Shown piece after piece: positions 1 through 11,500 of a stretch of DNA of 64,000 nucleotides; position 1 is the first letter of the stretch, and every line of letters begins with the position of its first letter. The position numbers were made by a program, and so were the translations under genes. Source of the stretch: Eledone cirrhosa. Its lineage: Eukaryota. The notes under the pieces are model-generated. The model ran no database searches, was not told the origin of the DNA, and worked only from the letters and a program-made list of their open reading frames with translations. The stretch is taken from assembly GCA_964016885.1 (NCBI GenBank), contig OZ024746.1:100378001-100442000 (forward strand), read 5' to 3'.

Positions 1-3000
1 AACATTCTATCTGACATTCTAACTGACTGACATTCTATCTGACATTCTAACTGACATTCTATCTGACATTTTATCTGACATTCTATCTAACATTCTATCT
101 GACATTCTATCTGACATTCTATCTGACATTCTATCTAACATTCTATCTGACATTCTATCTGACATTCTATCTGACATTCTATCTGACATTCTATCTAACA
201 TTCTATCTAACATTCTAACGGACATTCTATCTGACATTCTATCTGACATTCTATCTGACATTCTATCTGACATTCTATCTGACATTCTATCTAACATTCT
301 AAAGGACATTCTATCTAACATTCTATCTGACATTTTATCTGACATTCTATCTAACATTCTATCTGACATTCTATCTGACATTCTATCTGACATTCTATCT
401 GATATTCTATCTGACATTCTATCTAACATTCTAACTGACATTCTATCTGACATTCTATCTGATATTCTCTCTTACATTCTAACTGACATTGTATCCAACA
501 TTCTATCTGACATTCTATCTAACATTCTATCTAACATTCTAACTGACATTCTAACTGACATTCTATCTGACATTCTATCTAACATTCTATCTAACTTTCT
601 ATCTAACATTCTATCTGACATTCTATCTAACATTCTATCTAACATTCTAACTGACATTCTAACTGACATTCTATCTGACATTCTATCTAACTTTCTATCT
701 GACATTCTAACTGACATTCTAACTGACATTCTATCTAACATTCTATCTGACATTCTATCTAACATTCTATCTGACATTCTAACTGACTGACATTCTATCT
801 GACATTCTATCTGACATTCTAACTGACATTCTATCTGACATTCTATCTAACTCTCTATCTGACATTCTATCTGTCATTCTAACTGACATTCTATCTGACA
901 TTCTAACGGACATTCTATCTAACATTCTATCTGACATTTTATCTGACATTCTATCTAACATTCTATCTGACATTCTATCTGACATTCTATCTGACATTCT
1001 ATCTGACATTCTATCTAACATTCTAACTGACATTCTATCTGATATTCTAACTGACATTCTATCTAACATTCTATCTGACAGTCAATCTAACATTCTAACT
1101 AACATTCTAACTGACATTCTATCTGACATTCTATCTGACATTCTAACTGACATTCAATCTAACATTCTATCTAACATTCTATCTGACATTCTATCTAACA
1201 TTCTATCTAACATTCTATCTAACATTCTAATGGACATTCTATTTAACATTCTATCTGACATTCTAACTGACTGACATTCTATCTGACATTCTAACTGACA
1301 TTCTATCTGACATTCTATCTAACATTCTAACTAACATTCTAACTGACATTCTCTCTGACATTCTATCTGACATTCTATCTAACATTCTATCTAACATTCT
1401 AACGGACATTCTATCTAACATTCTATCTGACATTTTATCTGACATTCTATCTAACATTCTATCTGACATTCTATCTGACATTCTATCTGACATTCTATCT
1501 AACATTCTAACTGACATTCTATCTGATATTCTAACTGACATTCTATCTGACATTCTAACTGACATTCTATCTGACATTTTATCTGACATTCTATCTAACA
1601 TTCTCTCTGACATTCTATCTGACATTCTATCTAACATTCTATCTAACATTCTAACGGACATTCTATCTAACATTCTATCTGACATTTTATCTGACATTCT
1701 ATCTAACATTCTATCTGACATTCTATCTGACATTCTATCTGACATTCTATCTAACATTCTAACTGACATTCTATCTGATATTCTAACTGACATTCTATCT
1801 AACATTCTAACTGACATTCTATCTGACATTCTATCTGATATTCTCTCTTACATTCTAACTGACATTCTATCCAACATTCTATCCAACATTCTATCTAACA
1901 TTCTATCTAACATTCTACCTGACATTCTAACTGACATTCTATCTGACATTCTATCTGACATTCTATCTTACTTTCTATCTAACATTCTATCTGACATTCT
2001 CTCTGACATTCTATCTGACATTCTAACTGACATTCTATCTAACATTCTATCTGACATTCTATCTGACATTCTATCTGACATTCTATCTGACATTCTATCT
2101 GACATTCTAACTGACATTCAAATCTGACATTCTATCTGACATTCTATCTGACATTCTATCTGACATTCTATCTGACATTCTATCTGACATTCTATCTGAC
2201 ATTCTAACTGACATTCTATCTGACATTCTATCTGACATTCTATCTAACATTCTATCTGACATTCTATCTGACATTCTAACTGACATTCTATCTAACATTC
2301 TAACTGACATTCTAGCTGACATTCTATCTAACATTCTAACTGACATTCTATCTAACATTCTAACTGACATTCTATCTGACATTCTATCTGACATTCTAAC
2401 TGACATTCAATCTAACATTCTATCTAACATTCTATCTGACATTCTATCTAACATTCTATCTAACATTCTATCTAACATTCTATTTAACATTCTATCTGAC
2501 ATTCTATTTAACATTCTATCTGACATTCTAACTGACTGACATTCTATCTGACATTCTAACTGACATTCTATCTGACATTCTATCTGACATTCTATCTGAC
2601 ATTCTATCTGACATTCTATCTAACATTCTAACTAACATTCTAACTGACATTCTCTCTGACATTCTATCTGACATTCTATCTAACATTCTAACTGACATTC
2701 TATCTGATATTCTAACTGACATTCTATCTAACATTCTATCTGACAGTCAATCTAACATTCTAACTAACATTCTAACTGACATTCTATCTGACATTCTATC
2801 TGACATTCTAACTGACATTCAATCTAACATTCTATCTAACATTCTATCTGACATTCTATCTAACATTCTATCTAACATTCTATCTAACATTCTAACGGAC
2901 ATTCTATTTAACATTCTATCTGACATTCTAACTGACTGACATTCTATCTGACATTCTAACTGACATTCTATCTGACATTCTATCTGACATTCTATCTGAT

Positions 3001-3631
3001 ATTCTATCTGACATTCTATCTAACATTCTAACTAACATTCTAACGGACATTCTATCTAACATTCTATCTGACATTTTATCTGACATTCTATCTAACATTC
3101 TATCTGACATTCTATCTGACATTCTATCTGACATTCTATCTAACATTCTAACTGACATTCTATCTGATATTCTAACTGACATTCTATCTAACATTCTAAC
3201 TGACATTCTATCTGACATTCTATCTGATATTCTCTCTTACATTCTAACTGACATTCTATCCAACATTCTATCTGACATTCTATCTAACATTCTATCTAAC
3301 ATTCTAACTGACATTCTAACTGACATTCTATCTGACATTCTATCTAACATTCTATCTAACTTTCTATCTAACATTCTATCTGACATTCTATCTAACATTC
3401 TATCTAACATTCTAACTGACATTCTAACTGACATTCTATCTGACATTCTATCTAACTTTCTATCTGACATTCTAACTGACATTCTAACTGACATTCTATC
3501 TAACATTCTATCTGACATTCTATCTAACATTCTATCTGACATTCTAACTGACTGACATTCTATCTGACATTCTATCTGACATTCTAACTGACATTCTATC
3601 TGACATTCTATCTAACTCTCTATCTGACATT
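1..3631. repeat. 12-bp satellite array (ACATTCTATCTG)n, left arm; runs off the window start
   Basis: Continuous 12-mers with recurrent variants ACATTCTAACTG and ACATTCTATCTA, plus occasional 4-bp ACTG insertions. Confidence 0.98.
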
Positions 3632-4787
3632 GGCGGCAAAAAAATACTCTGTGTCGCCAATTCGGTCCACACACTACACCTTCTTCCCCACCTACATGGG
3701 TAAAAAAACCCAGAGGATATGGATAACCACCATCACCCCAAACATAAACTACTGGTGGTTACTAACCGGTTTCCTCAATTTAGACGAGGACAACCTCATC
3801 TCAATAGGGAAGGCATCCGGCGACGCGTTCAGTGGAACGAGCCTCGAAGTTCTGACCCAAAAAAGGCCAGAACGCATCGCCCAAATCCCTGAGCGCGTCA
3901 TGCTGGATGACCGTACCCACCTCAACATTATTGTGGAGGGTAGGCGTCCCTCCTGTTACCTCTGTGGCAATAGAGGTCACCTGAGGGCTGCCTGTCCCCA
4001 ACTCACACAGAAAAAAACACTGCTACCAACACCAACACCACCCCAACTACAACAACAAAAACAACCACAACAACAACAAAAACCAACAACCCCACCACCA
4101 CCACCACAACAACAACAACAACAACAAACACGTGAAAAAATAACACAGAATACTGTCCCACCCAATCCCTCCCCACCCAAAACAAATACAAAAACACGCA
4201 CACCGCAAACACTACCAGAAAACATACCTCTCCCACCCAACAAGGAAGACGAACCTCTTTCGTCGCAAGACGAAAAAGATCCCTTCCAACAAGTAAAAAG
4301 AAAGAAGAGGAGACGCACCACAGACACACATGTTAACTTTAACCCCCCCCCCCCCCAAGAGAACACAAACTACACACAAACCACCCCTCCCTGTCACACA
4401 ACACTAACTGCTACACAAAAAAAGACCTTACAATACACATACATGAACACAGACAACAAAGAATTACGGAAAACAATTTCAGCAAACCCTTCGGTCCAAA
4501 CTGAGGGGCCAAACTTTATAACTGCTGTGGGACTACCTCATTTGAAAATGATAAAAGTCCCAATGCACTTGTACAAAACACTGAAAATAAATTTCACGGA
4601 GGACGTGGGCCCCCCCCCCCTGCGCCAAACCAATCAACCGCGTCCTCCTAAAAAATTTCACCCCCCCACCCCACCCAGACACCCACTCAACGACAAACAC
4701 CCCAACCCTACAACATACCGATGCCCCTTCACTTCCACAAACCACCACCCCACCCAACAACCCATCCCCAACCAGCATGGAAATTGA
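3632..4787 (+). CDS. Retrotransposon ORF1 (gag-like nucleic-acid-binding protein), N-terminally truncated
   Basis: IIVEGRRPSCYLCGNRGHLRAACP zinc knuckle, then a Pro/Gln/Thr-rich linker and a KRKKRRR basic patch. There is no native ATG; the TTG start spans the satellite junction. Confidence 0.85.
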
Positions 4788-4842
4788 GCGGCCCGTTTCC
4801 CGGGACGCAGAGAGGTAAGTGCCTTTTCTCTTTACCACCAAC

Positions 4843-7800
4843 ATGGCTGTGCTAAGAGTAGGGTGTCTAAATGCGCGTGGCCTGGGCTCGTCTTGGAAGC
4901 AAGCAATGCTTCTAAATGACCTCAGGTCACAATCTATAAATGTGATGGTTATCTGCGAGGCCCGGATCAGCAGCATGCGACAGCTAGCCCCCACCTTTGA
5001 CGACTTTGAGATGCACGCATCTCTCTGTCAGCCCGGAGGTGGGGGTGGGGTTGTCGTTCTGCTGCAAAAACATATGGGCCTTGCAACACAGATAGTTCAC
5101 TTGGACCCAGGAGGTCGACTGGTGGTGCTGGACCTTGGCAGTGGTGAAGGTAGAGCCCTTAGGCTGATAGCCGCATATGCCCCTTTTGGGACAGAGCGGC
5201 CCGACTTTTTCCAGCGTCTGGAGTCTTTTCTAGGGACGTCCCGTTCCCTGCTTTTAGTGGGGGATTGGAATGGTATCCTGGATGCACGTTGGGACTATGC
5301 AGGGGCATGTCCCGATAGAGAGGGGTGCAACAGCCTCAAGGGGTTACTCGGCCGATTTGACCTGGCCGATAGATTTCGACTAGATTTTCCGACGGTGCCA
5401 ACCTGGTCTTGGTCAAATCGCAGCGGATCATCTAGATCGTACCTAGATAGATTTTTAGTTAGAAATAAGGACAGGGACTTTTTAAGTTGTCCAGAAATGC
5501 TCATGGTTGGCTATTCAGACCACAAGTTGGTGACCTGCATGGTCAACCTTGATAGAACGCATAGACAGGGCCCCGGTTACTGGAAGCTCAACTTGTCCTT
5601 GCCGGCAAGTAGAGCCTACAGGAATCGGATTAGTACGTTAGTTAAGGAACGGTTGACTGGAGCGATCGTCAACAGCAGGTGGTGGGTATCTCTAAAGAGA
5701 GAGATTAGAGTAGTCTCGATTGAATTTAGTAAGGTTCTAGCTGCGGATAGGAATAGGAAGGAAAGGGAGCTAATAGATAGAGTAGAAGAGGCAATTAGAA
5801 GCGGCGACGTGGCCAGAGTGCTAGCGTCGAGAACGGCTTTGAGCCAGTTTTTCGACGCGAAGCACGAAGGCTGCGTTGTCCGAAGTAAAATACGTGCTCT
5901 AGGGAACGAGGGGGCCAAAGCTGTTAGCTGGGCCCGCGTGACAGAGGCCAACAGTGGAACTAAATCCACCATCCGGTCTTTGCGAGACCTGGATGGACGG
6001 GCGATTCTTGAGCCTAAGCAGATGTGTGAGGCCTTTCAAAGGCACTTTGCCCGACTGTTCGGGAGGGGCGGGGAGCCGGTTGGAAACGTGGACTTCGGTC
6101 CATACCTCGACGGCCTGCCGCGCCTCTCGGACAGGGAGGCGAAGTCTTGCGAGGAGCCGATTTCGGCCGCTGAGATAGAGGACGTGCTGGGCCAATGCGG
6201 CAAACGCAAATCCCCGGGTCTCGATGGTCTTCCTTACGAATTATATCTAGCTATGCCGGACTTGTTCCCCGATCTCCTCGAGGCGGTCTACTGCAACTGG
6301 CAACAGAACGGGAGAATTCCCTGTACTGTGACCAAGGGCGTAGTCACGCTAGTGAGGAAGGACGAGAACAAGGGGGACGAAATAAGTAACTTCAGGCCCA
6401 TAACTCTGCTAAATACAGAGTTACAGATTTTGGCCAAGGTGCTAGCAAAGAGGTTGGCGCTTGTCGTGGGCAACCTGGTGGGAGATGCGCAGACATGCGC
6501 TATCCCGTCCAGGTCCATCCATGACAACCTCCACCTCATGCGATACATCATAGAGAGGGTTGGGAACGAACCCGGCTTTGGTGGGGCTCTGATCAACTTG
6601 GATCAATCTAAGGCGTTCGATAGGGTCGACCATGGTTACCTGGATGCGGTGCTAGCGGCGGCAGGCTTCGGACCCGTTTTCAGGGGCTGGATCACTGCTA
6701 TGCACAGCAGCCGCACCTGCTCTAGGGTCAAGGTGAACGGCTACCTCTCGGAGCCGTTCAAAATCGCGCGGTCCATCCGACAAGGGTGCCCTCTCTCCTC
6801 CCTTCTGTATGTGTTGACTCTCGAGCCACTACTGCGGAAGTTGGAGTTGTTGCAGGGCATCCCTTTGGAACCGGGATTGCGGAAAGCGGTGTCAGCCTAC
6901 GCCGATGATGTGACAGTAATGGTGTCGACGGCCTCCGAAATCGAGGCGGTCGGCACCTTACTGCAGGAGTACGAAAAGTTCACAGGGGCTAAGCTGAACC
7001 GGGACAAGTCGATCGGTTTGCAACTCGGCACGTGGAGGGGCAGACCGATGCCCTCCGATGGCGTCGTCGGACGCTGGACGGAGGGCCCGGTGAAGTTGCT
7101 CGGGGTCTGGTTCGGACCGGACCTCCAGGTGGAGAAAAACTGGGCGGAGGTTACGAACAGGGTGTTTGCACTGACCCAGAAGTGGGCCAGTTGCAAACTA
7201 TCCCTGAAAGGTCGGGCGGAGGTGGCGAACACTTATATAGCGTCCGTCATCTACTACCGCCTGACCGTAGTGCCCTGCCCAAGGGAAACCCTCACCAAGA
7301 TGGAGCGCGCGCTCTTCCAATTCCTTTGGAAGGGGCGGGCTCCTATGGTGAGGAGATCCATCTGCTGTCAACACCCTTCGAAAGGAGGGCTGGGGATGCC
7401 GTGGCTAATGATGCGTAAACACGCATTAAGGCTACGGCACCTCTACGTATTCCTCACCGGACAACCGGTGTGGGCCTCGTTTGTGAGACGAACCTTTCCC
7501 AGACTCGTCTCACTCACCGAGCTGCAATCCTGGGTCAAGCAAAGACCGAGAAAACTGGGCGCCTGGCACACTGAGTGTGCCCAGGCGCTCACCGCCTTCT
7601 GGCAGGCGGATCCGGTTATCAGTGGAGACTCCACCGCAACATTCTATAGAGGGCTGGTACGCAGCAGGTGCGACGACGCCCTCGGAGAAGCCCTAGACAT
7701 GGAGGAGGACGAACTGGCCAGCCTGTTCGGTAGGACATTCAGCCCGGGACCTATGGACAACTTCCAGAAGTCCCTGGCCTGGCAGTGCTACCGAGGGGCT

Positions 7801-8280
7801 TTACCCGTTCGAGAAAGGCTCTACAGACACGGGCGCCCGGGTAGGGACCCCGCCAAAAAGATCTGTCCCAGATGCGTGTGCGACGAGGAAACCGTTGCAC
7901 ACGCATTGGTACACTGCTCGGGCGTAGCCGATCTGTGGGGCTATGTCGAACAACTGCTGTCAAGGGTGGGACCGATCCGGTTGACCACCGAGTCTATTGT
8001 AATGATCAAGCCGCCTCCCCCCTTCAAAGATGAAGCAGAGGCGGTGTTTCTGTGCGTAATAGCCATGGCGAAAGAGGTTGTATGGTGGACGCGTCTGAAA
8101 GGACTGAGGTCAGGCACCTTTCTCTCTGGCCAACAACTGGTCCGTTTCTTCCGATATCATTTCGGAAGAAGGATCAGGATGGAGAGAGAGGTGCTGCACC
8201 CCAGTCGTTTTTATGAAAGGTGGGTGAAAGTGGCGAGAATGGCCCGTGTGAATGGGCCTTCTCTTTACATAAGCCTGTAG
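4843..8280 (+). CDS. Retrotransposon ORF2: AP endonuclease + reverse transcriptase + C-terminal zinc finger, 1145 aa, uninterrupted
   Basis: APE motifs LNARGL, ICE, YAP, GDWN, YLDRF, SDH. RT motifs PGLDG, NFRPITLLN, LDQSKAFDRV, RQGCPLS, YADD. C-terminal CPRC...HALVHC. First ATG is at 4843. Confidence 0.96.
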   Translation: MAVLRVGCLNARGLGSSWKQAMLLNDLRSQSINVMVICEARISSMRQLAPTFDDFEMHASLCQPGGGGGVVVLLQKHMGLATQIVHLDPGGRLVVLDLGSGEGRALRLIAAYAPFGTERPDFFQRLESFLGTSRSLLLVGDWNGILDARWDYAGACPDREGCNSLKGLLGRFDLADRFRLDFPTVPTWSWSNRSGSSRSYLDRFLVRNKDRDFLSCPEMLMVGYSDHKLVTCMVNLDRTHRQGPGYWKLNLSLPASRAYRNRISTLVKERLTGAIVNSRWWVSLKREIRVVSIEFSKVLAADRNRKERELIDRVEEAIRSGDVARVLASRTALSQFFDAKHEGCVVRSKIRALGNEGAKAVSWARVTEANSGTKSTIRSLRDLDGRAILEPKQMCEAFQRHFARLFGRGGEPVGNVDFGPYLDGLPRLSDREAKSCEEPISAAEIEDVLGQCGKRKSPGLDGLPYELYLAMPDLFPDLLEAVYCNWQQNGRIPCTVTKGVVTLVRKDENKGDEISNFRPITLLNTELQILAKVLAKRLALVVGNLVGDAQTCAIPSRSIHDNLHLMRYIIERVGNEPGFGGALINLDQSKAFDRVDHGYLDAVLAAAGFGPVFRGWITAMHSSRTCSRVKVNGYLSEPFKIARSIRQGCPLSSLLYVLTLEPLLRKLELLQGIPLEPGLRKAVSAYADDVTVMVSTASEIEAVGTLLQEYEKFTGAKLNRDKSIGLQLGTWRGRPMPSDGVVGRWTEGPVKLLGVWFGPDLQVEKNWAEVTNRVFALTQKWASCKLSLKGRAEVANTYIASVIYYRLTVVPCPRETLTKMERALFQFLWKGRAPMVRRSICCQHPSKGGLGMPWLMMRKHALRLRHLYVFLTGQPVWASFVRRTFPRLVSLTELQSWVKQRPRKLGAWHTECAQALTAFWQADPVISGDSTATFYRGLVRSRCDDALGEALDMEEDELASLFGRTFSPGPMDNFQKSLAWQCYRGALPVRERLYRHGRPGRDPAKKICPRCVCDEETVAHALVHCSGVADLWGYVEQLLSRVGPIRLTTESIVMIKPPPPFKDEAEAVFLCVIAMAKEVVWWTRLKGLRSGTFLSGQQLVRFFRYHFGRRIRMEREVLHPSRFYERWVKVARMARVNGPSLYISL

Positions 8281-8544
8281 GTGGAAAAGAGGAAGGAACG
8301 AGGGAGCACCCCCTCTCTGTGCTCCTGAGGAAAAGGGTTGCACACTTTTTTCGGGGGTGTGTGCGACCCCCCAAGGCGCCTCCTCTCTATTGAGGATTTT
8401 GTTAAAAATTTTATTTTTTGTTATATCTTATTTTATTTTTATATTTTGTTATTGCCTCCTCCTTATTGAGGACGCCTTTTTGTGTAAACTCCCCCCTTTG
8501 TACTTGTCACACTTTTGATGCCCTAGTGGCAAATAAAAGAAACT

Positions 8545-11500
8545 TATCTGACATTCTATCTGTCATTCTAACTGACATTCTATCTGACATTCTATCTGAC
8601 ATTCTATCTGACATTCTATCTGACATTCTATCTGACATTCTATCTGACATTCTATCTAACATTCTATCTGACATTCTAACTGACATTCTATCTGACATTC
8701 TATCTGACATTCTATCTGACATTCTATCTAACATTCTAACTGACATTCTAACTGACATTCTATCTGACATTCTATCTAACATTCTATCTAACTTTCTATC
8801 TAACATTCTCTCTGACATTCTATCTGACATTCTATCTAACATTCTAACTGACATTCTATCTGATATTCTAACTGACATTCTATCTAACATTCTATCTGAC
8901 AGTCAATCTAACATTCTAACTAACATTCTAACTGACATTCTATCTGACATTCTATCTGACATTCTAACTGACATTCAATCTAACATTCTATCTAACATTC
9001 TATCTGACATTCTATCTAACATTCTATCTAACATTCTATCTAACATTCTATTTAACATTCTATCTGACATTCTAACTGACTGACATTCTATCTGACATTC
9101 TAACTGACATTCTATCTGACATTTTATCTGACATTCTATCTAACATTCTATCTGACATTCTATTTGACATTCTATCTGACATTCTATCTAACATTCTATC
9201 TGACATTCTATCTGACATTCTATCTGACATTCTATCTGACATTCTATCTAACATTCTATCTAACATTCTAACGGACATTCTATCTGACATTCTATCTGAC
9301 ATTCTATCTGACATTCTATCTAACATTCTAACGGACATTCTATCTAACATTCTATCTGACATTTTATCTGACATTCTATCTAACATTCTATCTGACATTC
9401 TATCTGACATTCTATCTGACATTCTATCTGATATTCTAACTGACATTCTATCTAACATTCCAACTGGCATTCTATCTGACATTCTATCTGATATTCTCTC
9501 TTACATTCTAACTGACATTCTATCCAACATTCTATCTGACATTCTATCTAACATTCTATCTAACATTCTAACTGACATTCTAACTGACATTCTATCTGAC
9601 ATTCTATCTAACATTCTATCTAACTTTCTATCTAACATTCTATCTGACATTCTATCTAACATTCTATCTAACATTCTAACTGACATTCTAACTGACATTC
9701 TATCTGACATTCTATCTAACTTTCTATCTGACATTCTAACTGACATTCTAACTGACATTCTATCTAACATTCTATCTGACATTCTATCTAACATTCTATC
9801 TGACATTCTAACTGACTGACATTCTATCTGACATTCTATCTGACATTCTAACTGACATTCTATCTGACTTTCTATCTAACTCTCTATCTGACATTCTATC
9901 TGTCATTCTAACTGACATTCTATCTGACATTCTAACGGACATTCTATCTAACATTCTATCTGACATTTTATCTGACATTCTATCTAACATTCTATCTGAC
10001 ATTCTATCTGACATTCTATCTGACATTCTATCTGACATTCTATCTAACATTCTAACTGACATTCTATCTGATATTCTAACTGACATTCTATCTAACATTC
10101 TATCTGACAGTCAATCTAACATTCTAACTAACATTCTAACTGACATTCTAACTGACATTCTATCTGACATTCTATCTAACATTCTATCTAACTTTCTATC
10201 TAACATTCTATCTGACATTCTATCTAACATTCTATCTAACATTCTAACTGACATTCTAACTGACATTCTATCTGACATTCTATCTAACTTTCTATCTGAC
10301 ATTCTAACTGACATTCTAACTGACATTCTATCTAACATTCTATCTGACATTCTATCTAACATTCTACCTGACATTCTAACTGACTGACATTCTATCTGAC
10401 ATTCTATCTGACATTCTAACTGACATTCTAACTGACATTCTATCTGACATTCTATCTGACATTCTATCTGACATGCTATCTGACATTCTATCTGACATTC
10501 TATCTGACATTCTATCTGACATTCTATCTGACATTCTATCTAACATTCTATCTGACATTCTAACTGACATTCTATCTGACATTCTATCTGACATTCTATC
10601 TGACATTCTATCTAACATTCTAACTGACATTCTAACTGACATTCTATCTGACATTCTATCTAACATTCTATCTAACTTTCTATCTAACATTCTATCTAAC
10701 ATTCTATCTAACATTCTAACTGACATTCTAACTGACATTCTATCTGACATTCTATCTGACATTCTATCTGACATTCTATCTGACATTCTATCTAACATTC
10801 TAACTAACATTCTAACTGACATTCTCTCTGACATTCTATCTGACATTCTATCTAACATTCTATCTAACATTCTAACGGACATTCTATCTAACATTCTATC
10901 TGACATTTTATCTGACATTCTATCTAACATTCTATCTGACATTCTATCTGACATTCTATCTGACATTCTATCTGACATTCTATCTGACATTCTAACTGAC
11001 ATTCTATCTGATATTCTAACTGACATTCTATCTAACATTCTAACTGACATTCTATCTGACATTCTATCTGATATTCTCTCTTACATTCTAACTGACATTC
11101 TATCCGACATTCTATCTGACATTCTATCTAACATTCTATCTAACATTCTAACTGACATTCTAACTGACATTCTATCTGACATTCTATCTAACATTCTATC
11201 TAACTTTCTATCTAACATTCTATCTGACATTCTATCTAACATTCTATCTAACATTCTAACTAACATTCTAACTGACATTCTATCTGACATTCTATCTAAC
11301 TTTCTATCTGACATTCTAACTGACATTCTAACTGACATTCTATCTAACATTCTATCTGACATTCTATCTAACATTCTATCTAACATTCTATCTGACATTC
11401 TAAGTGACTGACATTCTATCTGACATTCTATCTGACATTCTAACTGACATTCTAACTGACATTCTATCTGACATTCTATCTAACTTTCTATCTGACATTC

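Larger units (their letters stand above)
3632..8544 (+). mobile_element. Tx1/L1-clade non-LTR retrotransposon, 5'-truncated in ORF1, intact ORF2
   Basis: ORF1 has a CCHC knuckle and ORF2 is APE-RT-CCHC. The 3' UTR ends AATAAAAGAAACT. Flanked by TATCTGACATT at 3621-3631 and 8545-8555. Confidence 0.93.
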
